Shown: piece by piece, positions 25,889 through 38,200 of the stretch
Layout of the letters: each line of letters begins with the position of its first letter
Position numbering within the stretch: the first letter of the stretch is position 1
Assembly: GCF_032191835.1 (NCBI RefSeq)
Contig: NC_083237.1
Location: 17,112,001 to 17,176,000, forward strand
Direction of reading: 5' to 3'
From: Heteronotia binoei
Taxonomy: Eukaryota
Length of the DNA stretch: 64,000 nucleotides
The notes under the pieces: model-generated
Databases searched by the model: none
What the model was told of the DNA's origin: nothing
Seen by the model: the letters and a program-made list of their open reading frames with translations, nothing else
Position numbers and translations under genes: made by a program

Positions 25889-26400
25889 TAGGCTTCCCAA
25901 CCCTCCCACCCTGGCGGGGGACCCCAAAATTTCCAGCCTCTTCCCCCGCTACCCAAAAAAACGGAAGCGGGGGGAGGGCGGAAACGGCGCCAAGGAGTAT
26001 GGCGAGCCGCCCCATCTCGGAGCGGGCAACACCACTGCCAGCTGCCGCCTCTTCTCCGCTTCACCATGGCTGCTCCTCCGAGATGGGCTCAGGCTGGGCC
26101 CATCTCGGAGGAGCGGCTGCGGTGGGGCGGGGAAGAGGCGGCAGCAGTGCGGCAGCATCGCCTGCTCTGCTCCGCCTCTGGGGTGGAATCGGAGAAGGGG
26201 AAGGTGGAGGGAAGGAAGGCATTTAAAAAGTTGTGAGGTCCCTTTAAGTGTGATGGACAGAACTCCCTTTGGAGTTCAATTGTGCTTGTCACACCCTTGC
26301 TCCTAGCTCCACCCCAGTGTCTCCTGGCTCCACCCCCAAAGTCTCCTGGCTCCACCCCCAAAGTCCCCAGATATTTCTGGAATTGGACTTGGCAACCCTA
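25889..26400. mobile_element. hAT-like fold-back MITE at the SULT-B/OR1 junction
   Basis: TAGGCTTCCCAA...TTGGCAACCCTA termini; flanks GGTTGATG / GTTAAAAC do not form a TSD. Confidence 0.82.
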
Positions 26401-26459
26401 GTTAAAACAAATGTAGTATTATAGAAGCTCCATTTTCTTCCAGCTCAGAATGTCAATGT

Positions 26460-27401
26460 TCATTTTGGTTCAAACCCACCTCTTCGCAGCACTTTGGCCA
26501 CAGCCTCATGGACATCTTTGTTCCTGAGGGTGTAAATGATAGGATTGAGGAAAGGGGTGACCACCACATAAAATAAGGCAATGTTTTTGTCACGGTCTGA
26601 GGAAGTCTCTGATCGGGGAACCACATATGTAAAAATGACAATTCCATAGAACACTGTAACTACAATGAGGTGGGAAGCACACGTGGAGAAGGCTTTGCGC
26701 AATCCAGTGACTGACCGCATTTTCAGCACAGAGAGGACAATGACGACATAGGAGGTCAGAACAACAATAACAGCAATCAGGATGCCAAACCCAGCCAGCA
26801 CTAAAACAATTGTCTGAGTGATGTGGGTGTCATCACAGGCGAGTTTCAAAACTAACGGCATCTCACACAGGAAGTGGTCGATACAGTTGGGACCACAGTA
26901 CGCATGGCAAAACGTGCACCCCACATATATTGCACCAAAAATGAAGCCTGCTGCCCAGCAACTGGATGCAAGTTGCATCTGATGCCACCTGTCCATGGCA
27001 ATTGGATACAGCAAAGGTTGGCAAATGGCCAGGTAACGATCATAGGCCATGATGGCCAGCAGAAGGCACTCAGCAGCACCAAAAGACAAGTAGCCAAACA
27101 ACTGGGCAGCACAGCGGCTGTAGGAGATGACTCCATTCCCAGCCAAGAGGTGAGCCAGCATTTGGGGCTCTGTGCTGGTGACGTAGCAGATCTCTAGGCC
27201 TGAGAGGTGCATCAGGAAGTAGTACATGGGGGTTTGGAGGCAGGAGTCAAACTGTACCAGCAGGATGACCACCATGTTTCCCATAATGGTAAGTAAGTAG
27301 ATGAGAAGGAGCACTACAAAGAGTAGAAGCTGAGTCTTTCGTTGACTGGAGAATCCCACCAAGATGAATTCTGTGATTGAAGTGAGGTTCTCAGCAATCA
27401 T
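26460..27401 (-). CDS. Olfactory receptor OR1 (class II/gamma), intact, 313 aa
   Basis: Single coding exon; GN, LQTPMYYFL, MAYDRYLAICQPLLY, KAFSTCASHL, PFLNPIIYTLRNKDV; acceptor just upstream of the ATG. Confidence 0.96.
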   Translation of the reverse strand: MIAENLTSITEFILVGFSSQRKTQLLLFVVLLLIYLLTIMGNMVVILLVQFDSCLQTPMYYFLMHLSGLEICYVTSTEPQMLAHLLAGNGVISYSRCAAQLFGYLSFGAAECLLLAIMAYDRYLAICQPLLYPIAMDRWHQMQLASSCWAAGFIFGAIYVGCTFCHAYCGPNCIDHFLCEMPLVLKLACDDTHITQTIVLVLAGFGILIAVIVVLTSYVVIVLSVLKMRSVTGLRKAFSTCASHLIVVTVFYGIVIFTYVVPRSETSSDRDKNIALFYVVVTPFLNPIIYTLRNKDVHEAVAKVLRRGGFEPK

Positions 27402-28979
27402 TGTGGTCTCCTGCCTGTGGAAATAAGGACATAAGAGAGGGAAAGTGGCATTTCTTGAGATTAGGTAATATATATATTTTTAAAGACATACTTTTGTCCC
27501 TGCCAGACTCAAGGAAGCACAGAAGAAGCTCAACAAATTCAGTATTGTGATATGTCCCCATAGAACTAATACCCTCTACTCAAATCTGACAGGCAACATA
27601 GTGTAGTAGTTTGGGTGTCAGACTGGGAACTTTTAGACACAGGTTCAGGTCTCCCCTCTGATACGGAAGTTTGGTGGGTGACATGGAGCCAATCACACCC
27701 TCTAGTGTAAGCTATCTCATAGGGTCCTCAAACAGTGGGCAGAAGAACAATGAAGGGCAGATTTCAGTACCCATAAACAAACAAAGTTCTCAAAACCCAT
27801 GTTTCTATGTTTTAACCATGGTCAACTGTGATGAACAGCAGAAATATGCATGCTAAGGACCATTGAGTAACAGCTAATAGAACTCACTCTCATTGGTAGG
27901 CTGCTTCGAACTGTCAAAGAAGAGTGGTAGTTAGGCAGTTGGAAAAGTCAGTTATGGAGCTGAGAGGAATTGAAGACTGGCTGGAGAAGAGAGCAGAGGT
28001 CTTTTGGAGATGCTCTCTAGACTGTGATAAAATTCACAAGGCAGAGTCTGATGCCAAGCCCATGAAGCGGGGTTTTAAATATTAGAGACTCTTGTGAGAG
28101 ACTGCTCTCAAAAGTGAAGACCAGTCTCTGTATTTGTTAATCAAATAAACACCTAAAGGGGAAAACAGCCCCTTTGGAAGCTAAATGTCCAAAGGGGGGG
28201 AAAGACTGAAAGGCTGGCAGATCAGGCTTTGTAAGAGGCATTTTGAGGGGACTGTATAAGGTCCTCAAAAGGTGTCCACAAGCCCAGGTTACTAGTTTGA
28301 AGGGGCAGATAGTATTGATCGTGCCAAGAGGACAAGGTCTAGTGCGGAGACCTTGGTCTTCTACCCATAGGGACAAAGCTTAGCGCACTCAAGTTTGTGG
28401 GAAACTGTGAAAGGAAAACCTTAACCAGAAATATAGTCCAGTCATAAAAAGTTAAACCAGTGACATTTGTGAAACCCTGAGAGAAAGTTAAACAACTTTA
28501 AGGGAAACACTGTATCAGGTAAAGCCAGTTACCTCAGCAGATGTTTTGTGTGCAAGTTTACTTCTGTTCAATCCTAAACACCTGTGTATATACCAATACC
28601 CTTCCCTGCCAGTTTGTTTTAGTAAACCAATTTTTGTTTAATCCATCCCTATGCCTACTGAGTCATTTCCTGGGACATAAATTTTGAATACAGAAGCAAC
28701 GACAGGGGGATCGACTTTAGTGGAGTGCTGGTTATATCAGCCATGCCCCTTGACATCAACTTTCAATGGTTTCCCTTAGCCCTCTTGCTCCCAGGGTGAT
28801 CAGTTCTTGCTAAACTGAATTTCTTTCTTCCAGCATGCATGACAATATTACAAAGCAGAGATATGGGCAAGACGGATATGGGCAAGACAATATTACAAAG
28901 CAGAGATATGGGCAAGACGGAGGAATTATCTTAACTATACCTCCAAATCTTTTTTTTTTTAAATCTCTAAGGTGCTACT

Positions 28980-29150
28980 GCCCTGACCTGAATGGCCCAG
29001 ATTACTTTTTTTTTTTTTCAGATCTCAAAAGGTAAGTAGGATCAGCCCTGGTCAGCATTTAAAGGGAGACCACTGAGAAAGTTCAGGGTCGCTACACAGA
29101 GGTAGGCAATGGCAAACCACCTCTAAACGTCTCTTGCCTTCAGAACCCTT
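28980..29150 (+). mobile_element. 5S rRNA-derived SINE in the OR 5' UTR intron (related copies about 35866-36030, 36131-36300, 50400-50560, 62024-62185)
   Basis: 5S-like head (CAGATCTC.GAAG.TAAG...GGGAGACC) plus GCAATGGCAAACCACCTCT tail. Boundaries approximate. Confidence 0.55.
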
Positions 29151-29249
29151 GGTCGGCTGCGACTTTAAGGCATTTTCTACCACTAAATGGGCTTTAATCT
29201 GGATAGTCCACTTACTTTAATCCAGACGATCTACTGCAGATCAACACAC

Positions 29250-30800
29250 CTCCCCTCTTGACGTGCCTTAACTAACATTTAATTAATTCATCTGTAACAT
29301 TTTCGATAGATTAACATTAGCTTCACACAGCACTTCCAACACCACTTCAAATCATGCATTCACACAGACATCAGGGAGTGTCCCAGCCTCCTCCATCCTG
29401 TGCAAATCAATTTCCCTCAGGTTGGGTATAACCTTACCTTTGTGCTTTCCCCAGGTTTTCCATGATATCGAAGAAAGAGATTTTCATGTCACTGGTTTCA
29501 GTAATATGCAACCATGGCCAGATGGAATAAAGAAAGCTTTTTGATGCAAAGTGTTTAAAGGAAACTTGTTTGAATAACAATGATTTCTGAACTCATAGGC
29601 ATACCCATAAAAACTAGCCACATTCCGATTCAGTTTCCTCTCCGTTTTCTTAATTCTGAGTGACAACATAAATCAAAGTAGAGTTTTTTTCCCAGTATCT
29701 ACCTCCTGAGGTCCCTTAACTGGAGATGCCACTGATGAAACTTGGGGTCTTCTTGATGCAAAACTGATACCCTATCATAGAAATGTCTCCTTACTTGGAC
29801 CATCCATGCAAAATCCATGTCATCTTTCCTATGAGGTCCTTGCTGGTTTGAAAGACCTGTCTGTGGTATCCAAAATATTATCTGGTTTGTTCCTCTACTA
29901 TGAGAATGGTGTTTCCATGTGTTAAGACAGCAATAATGACCTAGAATTAATTACCCACTCGTATCCCCAAAACAGAGAGAAACTATTATGTTACAGACCC
30001 AGAGCACGTTGCTTTATTTCCCACTGCTGGAGATCAGAGTCTCTGTAAGGAGAGACGGAAGTCATGATGGCCAATTTTGCCAAGGAGATTCTGTCCTCTC
30101 AGGATGAGAGAGCTAGAAACCTAACCGAATCCTAACCGGAACCCTAACCCTAAAGCAGACCAACACAGCTATCCATGAAAGTAAGGGCTTTATGTCTGAA
30201 GAAGTGTGCATGCACACGAAAGCTTACGTTCTGAATAAAACTAAGTTGGTGTTAAAGGTGCAATCGACTCCTATTTTATTCTACTGCTTCAGACCAACAC
30301 GGCTGCCTATTTGGATCTATCTTAAAAGTAAGGCTGAGAGAAAAGCAGAACCAGGCAAGTATTCTATAGTTTGACTGGCAGCCGCTTCCCAATACTACAA
30401 GGGGATGAGCTTCCTTGTACTAAAAACACTCAAGGTCCTTTGAGAGTCATACAAAGCCTATTCATCAAATGCTAAGTTGTACGCTACTTTAGTGTCTGTT
30501 CCCGTCAGTAATGTCGAATGCCTTCTGAGACGAGGGTCAACACAGGCTAGCTACTTGCTAACTACCCTCTGGATTAGAAGACCAACAGCATGGTGAGTGT
30601 TTTTTTTTTCACCATCTGATCACAGAGGTTTGAAGACTCAGGAAGATAATAAAGACTTCAGCTGTATTCCACAGGGACTGCTGTGCTCCCTTTGGGCCTA
30701 TTAATAATTTGCTATTTGTTTCTTTGTTCCAGAAGCCCCTAATGGAACAAAAACAAGAAAGGAGCGATGCTGTCGGTGCAATCCTGCCAAGTTACAGAGT
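29250..30800 (-). promoter_or_regulatory. Conserved OR upstream cassette with 5' UTR exon donor (paralogs about 36380-38500, 51470-52900, 63110-64000)
   Basis: Same non-coding blocks upstream of all four OR units. Minus-strand AAAG|GTAAG donor at 29437, 36747, 51626, 63260. Confidence 0.55.
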
Positions 30801-33291
30801 CTAATGCCATTTATGTCACTTGGGCTAGTTTGGGTGACTCTGCACAGGATTGAGATGAAAATTGCCCAGGTTGTTTTGGGGGGTTATATAGCAATTGGCT
30901 TCTTGGGTCATGAAATACATTGCAATGAGTTTTTGATCCACTGCTCATGGAAAGAGAAACACTACAGACGAATCGCATTGAATGATTGTATTTATGAGGA
31001 GGAAGCTGAGATCTGAGCATTACCCAGCTCAGGTCCCCAGTAGCTGTTTAAAGGGCACTTGGTGTAATTAGTAGACTGATGAAAGCCACCAAGCAATACA
31101 CCGTCTTTCAATTTGCAAAAATATATCTTACAAGAGTTGTGTACAACACAAATTAAACGATACAATAATGATAAAGGTCGGCGGTGCTAAGACCTTTTAA
31201 AGTGACAGAAACCCCAAAGGGGTAAAAAAAACCCCCTTTTCTCCATATGAATAGATATAAGTCCAAACTTGGAAACAGTCCAACTGGAATTCACAAAATG
31301 GGCGCTCCTGAGGAACGTAGCTTCAACTTAGCCGCTTTCTTAAAAGATGTCTCTCTAGATTTTGATGACCTTTCAATTCTTTCTTCAGTTTAACGGCTCA
31401 ATTATTCAAGAACCCCATGCTACATTCTCTAATCACAGCATCAAGCTTCTCATTTCAGTGTGAACATCAGGGACGTGTGGCCTAATATGCAAAGGAGTTC
31501 CTGCTACAAAAAAAGACCTGCTTGGGAGAATGTTCCACCAGGCTGGAAGCAGAGTCAAAAAAGGCTCTGGCTCTGGTTGAGGCTAAGATGTCTTTTGGGA
31601 CCATCAACAGATGCTGATCTCCTAAGCGTAAGGCTCTCTGGGGGACATATTGGGAGAGACAGGGACATCTCTGCATACGGGGCCCTCTATTAGAGTTCCC
31701 CCCTCATATAACCATTCTTGCCACCATACAAAGTTAGCCTTCTGAAGTCTGCCCGCCTCCAAAGACTTGCTTGAGAGTGAATCCAATTGAATGTAGAAAG
31801 AGCTGCTTCTGATTAAATTTGCCTAAGATTGCACAATTAACAGCAAAATTCCAGCACTCTGCACCTGTCGCCAATCATTTTGTTTCGAGAAAAGTGTCCC
31901 CTGCTGAAAGCAACGGCATGGGGACTTCTGAAAGTTAGTCTTGGGTGTAGGGCCGGTGCGTGGGAGTAGGCAAAGCAGGCAGTTGCCTAGGGCGCCACCT
32001 GGCCTAGGGGGCATCACTGGGCGCCCCCTCTCTGACACATGACTCTGGCTCCTGACCACTGTCACTGTCACCGTCTCCTCACCCATCACCAAGCTGCCTT
32101 CAACAAAACCAAGCCACCTGCCTCTCCCCAATGTGTGAATTGGCCTCCTACCTCATCCTATCCCACCACCCTCCTTCCTGGTGTGGTTGGCGAGCACTTA
32201 TTCTCACAATTTTTTTATAACTTAACACATTTAAAAAATAATAATAAAATTAAAAATCACTAAATTAAAAAAGTGAAAAGTTTGGCTCTCTTCACCTAGG
32301 GTGATTCACCTAGGGTGCCAGAAAGCCTAGCACCGTCCCTGCTTGGGTGGGTTGTATGTAGTGCTTTACCCAGGGGTGTGGAAATGCCTTCAATATAGCC
32401 AAAGAGCTCCTTGCTTTGCATTGCTTCAGGTGGTAGAAACTGCTGTAAAGTCTCAGCTGACTTGCAGCGACCGCTTGGGGGTTTCAAGGAAAGAGCCACT
32501 CGTGTGTGATTTACTGTCACCTGTCTCTGTGTTGAAATCAGGGTGCTTTTTTTTTTTTAGCAGGAACTCCTTTGCATATTAGGCCACACCCAGGGCTCTT
32601 TTTCTAGCAGGAACTCCTCTGCGTATTAGGCCACACACCCCTAATGTAGCCAATCACCCTGAAGCTTACAGCAGGCCCTGTACTAAGAACCCTCTAAGCT
32701 CTTGGAGGATTGGCTACATCGGGGAGGCATGGCCTAATATTCAGAGGAGCTCCTGCAAAAAAAAGAGCCCTGGCCACACCCCTCTCATGTAGCCAGTCTC
32801 CTAAGAGCTTGCAGGGCTCTTCTTACAGGACCTGGTCAGGGCTTATATTACATGACCACATGGAAAATGACCCAGGTGGGCAGCCGTGTTGATCTGAAGC
32901 AATGGGACAAAGTTGGAGTCCAGGAGCACCTTTAAGACCAACAAAGTTTTATTGACAATGGAAGCTTTTGTATGCTAGAAGCACAGTCCATCAGAAAATA
33001 GGATGGAATGGAAAGGAGGCCTACATAATAGAGAGAGTGGGCAGTGAATGAGTATGCAAAGTAGTGGAAATGTTTTTAGCAGGTTAAGAGACTCACAAGT
33101 TGGAGTCTGATGATTGCTAGATTGTGTTGACTGTGTAGAAACAACAGCAAAGGCAACAAACATCAGAAATGGAGATTTTATTTATTTTTATTCTGTTTGA
33201 TTTATAGCCCACCCTTTCCCGAATGGGCTCTAAGCGGGTAACAACAAACAATAATGCAAAGTTGAAATCAGATTCTTATGAAAAAATAATT

Positions 33292-33554
33292 ACCGTTTTT
33301 GCACACAGCTTACCTCGCAGTCACAATCCTGTTCCTTCCGCAGCGTCTGTCGGATTTCCCACCATCTGTGCCGGAGTTACAGGAAGTGCCGCGGCTTTTG
33401 CGTAGCAAACGTAAACTGGGTTTTAGCAGTTTACGTTTGCTACGCAAAAGACACAGCACCTCCTGTAACTTCGGCACAGAGGGTGGGAAATCCGACCGGA
33501 CGCTGCGGTGGGAACAGGATTGTGACTGCGAGGTTATCTGTGTGAGAAAACGGT
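33292..33554. mobile_element. 263-bp palindromic MITE-like element
   Basis: Arms of about 127 bp, about 89% complementary, around an 8-nt loop (33419-33426); termini ACCGTTTT / AAAACGGT. Confidence 0.7.
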
Positions 33555-34295
33555 CAATGTAACAGTCTAAAAACAAAGCCAGAATCCATCCCTCTGCCGA
33601 CTGTTGTTGCTGGTTCTGCCTGCCATGGACCACATTGGTGGTCTCTCCACCAGCCGCAATAGGTAGGGGGAAATAGCCCTGGAATAAGCTAAGCAGAATG
33701 GCTTCTGAAGCATGACCATTGACAATCAAGGGTCTTGGCCAAGCTGCACTGACAGAGGAGCAGTGCTGGGCATGCCTTGGTTCTGGCCACTTGCGGCCCA
33801 CAAGGAAATCTCCCTAAAATGTAAATTCCCTGTCCGCATGGAGGCCAGATGCCACTGGACCCATGTGGAGATTGCTTTTCCACAAGCATAATCAGTTCAA
33901 ACTCTGAATGCACAAAACAGTTTGATAAGAAACTAAAATCCTCTGAAAACAGCCACTACCACATCTAACTCACACCTCTTCCTATAAGGCTTGTATTTTT
34001 AAAAAGTTATTTGATGTAAAATTCTGAAATCTATTTAATTATTTCCGCAGGGCTTTTTTTCCCCCTGGGATAACACAGTGGAAAGGAGTTCTGGAACCTC
34101 TTCGTGGAGACAAAATGCTAAAAAAAAAAAGTTTAAAAATTCATGAGGGGCACCCATATTTTTCTCCTTTGTTTCCCTCTTAAGAGTTCCGGCATCTCTT
34201 TTTCCAGAAAAAAAGCCCTACATTTCAATATTCTGTCTCCTTCCTACCTCGTTCTACTATATGTGTGGAAGCTGATCTTGTCTTACAGTCAACAC

Positions 34296-35237
34296 TCATT
34301 TTGATTCAAATCTACCTCTTCTAAGTGCTCTGGCGACGGCCTCATGGACATCCTTGTTCCTGAGGGTGTAAATGATAGGGTTGAGGAAAGGGGTGATCAC
34401 CACATAAAACAAGGCAATATTTTTGTCACGGTCTGAGAAAGTCTCTGATCGTGGAATCACATATGTAACAATATCAGTTCCATAGAACACGGTAACTACG
34501 ATGAGGTGGGAAGCACATGTGGAAAGGGCTTTGTGCAATCCAGTGACTGACCGCATTTGTAACACGGAGAACAGAATGACCACGTAGGAGGTCAGAACAA
34601 TAACGATAGTAATCAAGATGCCTACCCCAGCCAATACAAAAATAATTGTCTGAGTGACGTGGGTATCATCACAGGCAAGTTTCAGAACTGATGGCATCTC
34701 ACAGATGAAGTGGTTGATACGGTTGGGACCACAGTAGGAGTGGCGAAAGGTGCACCCCACATATATTGCACCCCCAAGGAAGCCTCCTGCCCAGCAACTG
34801 GAGGCAAGGTACATCTGACGCCACCTGTCCATGACAACAGGATACAGCAGAGGTTGACAGATGGCCAGGTAACGGTCATAGGCCATGACGGCCAGCAGAA
34901 AGCACTCAGCAGCACCAAAACACAAGTAGCCAAACAGCTGGGCAGCACAACAAGTGTAGGAGATGACTCCATTCCCAGCCAAGAGGTGAGCCAGCATCTG
35001 GGGCTCTGTGCTGGTGACATAGCAGATCTCTAGGCTAGAGAGGTGCATGAGGAAGTAGTACATGGGTGATTGGAGGTGGGTATCAAACCATACCAGCAGG
35101 ATGACCACCAGGTTTCCCAGGATGGTGAGTGAGTAGGTGAGAAGGACCGCTACAAAGAGTAGAAGCTGAGTCTTTCGTTGACTAGAAAGTCCCACCAAGA
35201 TAAATTCTGTGATTGAGGTGAGGTTCTTAATATCCAT
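34296..35237 (-). CDS. Olfactory receptor OR2, intact, 313 aa
   Basis: All OR motifs present (MAYDRYLAIC, KALSTCASHL, PFLNPIIYTLRNKDV). Confidence 0.96.
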   Translation of the reverse strand: MDIKNLTSITEFILVGLSSQRKTQLLLFVAVLLTYSLTILGNLVVILLVWFDTHLQSPMYYFLMHLSSLEICYVTSTEPQMLAHLLAGNGVISYTCCAAQLFGYLCFGAAECFLLAVMAYDRYLAICQPLLYPVVMDRWRQMYLASSCWAGGFLGGAIYVGCTFRHSYCGPNRINHFICEMPSVLKLACDDTHVTQTIIFVLAGVGILITIVIVLTSYVVILFSVLQMRSVTGLHKALSTCASHLIVVTVFYGTDIVTYVIPRSETFSDRDKNIALFYVVITPFLNPIIYTLRNKDVHEAVARALRRGRFESK

Positions 35238-38200
35238 TGTGGCCTTCTACCTGTGGAAATAAGAACACCAGAGAGTGAATGTGGCATTTCTTGAGATTAG
35301 GTCTGTTTTTTTTTTTCAAAGGGACACTGTTTTGTCCCTGCCAAACTCAAGGAAGCACATAAGAAGCTCAACAAATTCAGCATTGTTATATAAGTCCCCA
35401 AAGTAGTCATACTCTCTACATAAATCTCCATGATTCTAACAGGCAACGTTTTATAGTCATTTGATTGTCAGGCTGGGATCTTTGAGACCCATGTTAGGGT
35501 CTCCCCACTGCCATAGAAGCTTGCTGGGTGACCTTGTGCCAAATGACACACTCACTCCATTTAAGTTGCCTCACAGGGTCCTTAAATGGTGGGCAGAAGA
35601 ACAATGAAGGGCAGATTTCAGCCCCCATAAACAAACAAACAGATTTCTCAAAAGCCTGCTCTAACCATGGTTGACTTTCCAAATATACAAAGAAACCATA
35701 GTTTCCCTCAGCTCTGTTGCTCCCAGGGCAATCAATTCTTGCTAAATTCAATCTGTCTTTTGGTATGCATGATAATGTTACAAAGACAGAGGAACGGCGG
35801 GGGTTGACACAGGAATTCCCCTCCCCCAAAAATCTTCTTGGGGTCTAAGGTGCTTCTGCCCTGACCTGGATGACCCAGACTAGTAAAATCTTGTCAGATC
35901 TCAGAAGTTAAGCAGAGTCAGCCATGCCTAGTATTTGGGTGGGAGACCATGAAGAAGGTTCAGGGTTGCTACGCAGAGTCAGACAATGGAAAACCACCTC
36001 TATACATCCCACGCATTTAGAACACTCAGTTGGCTGCAACTGGGAAGACAGAGAAGTGGGGAAAACACAGGAATTACCTCAACTAAACCCCACCCACTGA
36101 CCCCCAAATCTTTTTCATCTCTAAGGTGCTTCTGCCTTGACCTGGATGACTGAGACTAGCATGATCTTCTCAGATCTCAGAAGTTAAGCAGAGACAGCCA
36201 TGCCTAGTATTTGGATGAGAGACCATGCAGAAAGTGGAAGGCAATGGGAAACCACCTCTGAACATCCCTTGCCTTCAGAAACTTTGGTTGGCTGTGACTT
36301 GGAAGGACTTTCCACCGCAAAGGTCCAACTGGAACTGAATCCAGATGTCCTACTGCAGACCAACACAGCTGCCCTCTGAAGCTGCCTTAACCAATATTCA
36401 ATTAATTTACTTGAAACACTGCCATCAGATTAACACAAACTGTGCCTTCAAACAGCACTTCAGATCATGCATTCACACAGACATCACGGAGTGAGTTGTC
36501 CCAGCTTCCCCCTTACTGTGCAAATCAGTTTCCCTCAGGTTGAGCATAATCTTACCCAGGACTTTTTTGGAGCAGGAACGCAGTTCTGGCTGGCTTGGCA
36601 TCAGGGGGTGTGACTTAATATGCAAATTAATTTCTGCTGGGCTTTCTCTACAAAAAAGCCCCATGTGAAACAATGGTAACATCAGGGAGTGTGGCCTAAA
36701 ATGCAAATGAGTTCATGCTGGGCTTTTTCTACCAAAAAAAATCTTACCTTTGTGCTTTCCCCAGGTTTTCCTTGACATCCAAGATGGAGATTTCCATGTA
36801 AGTGGTTTGAGTAACCTGCGACAATGGCCGGATGGGATTAAGAAAGCTTTTTGATACAAGGGTGTTTTAATGCTCAGGGGGGAACTCACTAGATTGTCAA
36901 ACATAAAAAAATTAGTTATATTCTGAACCAGTTTCCTCCAGTGTTCCCTCTAAGCTGAGTTAGTGTGAGCTAGCTCACAGATTTTTAGCCTCCAGTTCAC
37001 ACATTTTTGTCCTAGCTCAGGAAAAATGGTCCCAGAGCAAAATGATTTTTGCAGCAACTCAAACTTTCATGCCAGTAGTTCACAAAGTAGAATTTTTGCT
37101 CACAAGACTCTGCAGCTTAGAGGGAACATTGGTTTCCTCTCACTTCTCTCAATTCTGAGTGACATCAAAGTAGGGATTTTTCCCAGGACCTGCTTCCTGA
37201 GGTCCCTTAGCTGGATGGAATTTGGGGTGATACTCTGCCATCTGGATCTCTCCTTCCCTGGATCTTCTAGCCAAAACCTATGTCATCTCTCCTATGAGGT
37301 CCCTGCTTCTTAGTAAGACCCGTCTGTGGTAAACTTGCTTCTTGATGCAAGGTGTTTAATGGTAAGGAGGAAACTCATTTGATTGATAATGTTTTCCAAA
37401 CACAGATGCACAAACATAAAAAAATTGCCATATTCCAAATCACTTTTCTCTCACTGTTCTCAATTTTTGAGTGACAACAGAAATCGAAGTAGAGGTTTCT
37501 GCCAGTACCTACTTCCTGAGATTCTGTAACTGGTAATGCCACTCATGGAACTTGGGATATCCTCGATGTAAAAAAGATACTCAATCACCAAGATATCTCC
37601 TTACCTGGATCATCCAGGCAAAACCTATGCCATCTTTCCTATGAGGTCCTTGCTTCTTTGAAAGTCCTCTCTGAATATCAACTGGTTTGTTCCTCTGCTA
37701 TGAGAACTCTGTTTCCTTGTCTTACAACAGCGCAAATGACCTGAAGACCCTCTGGAATTGATTACCACTAAACCCCCAAAATAGGCAGAAACTGTCCGTG
37801 TTACTGAACTGGAGCACGCTGCTTCATTTCTCACTGCTGGAGATCCAAGTCTTTGTAAGGAGCGATGGAAGCCAAGATGGCCAATTTTGCCAAAGAGCTT
37901 CTGTTCCCCTAGGACTGAGAGAACTAGAAACCTAACCCTAACCGGAACACAAACCCTGCAGCAGATTAATATGGCTACCCTCAGAAGTAAAGTTGAGAGA
38001 AAAGCGGCTTTAGGTGAAATCAGGCAAATACTCCCAAATTTGACTGGTAGCAGTTTCCCAGCACTTTAAGGGGAAGCACTTTAAGCTTCCCAGCACTTTA
38101 AAGGACTTTAAAATCCATACAAAGCATATTAGTTGAACTCTAATTTGCATGCTACTTTGGTATCTCTTTCTGTCAGGAATGCTGAATGCCTTCAGAAAGG

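Noticed and set aside
28980-29080. 5S rRNA gene
   Set aside because: Degenerate partial 5S similarity fused to a SINE tail; several dispersed decayed copies.
36548-36748. TSD duplicating the OR2 5' UTR splice donor (AATCTTACC on both sides of a MITE)
   Set aside because: The MITE's right terminus is incomplete, so a true TSD cannot be shown; the match may come from an A-run plus deletion.
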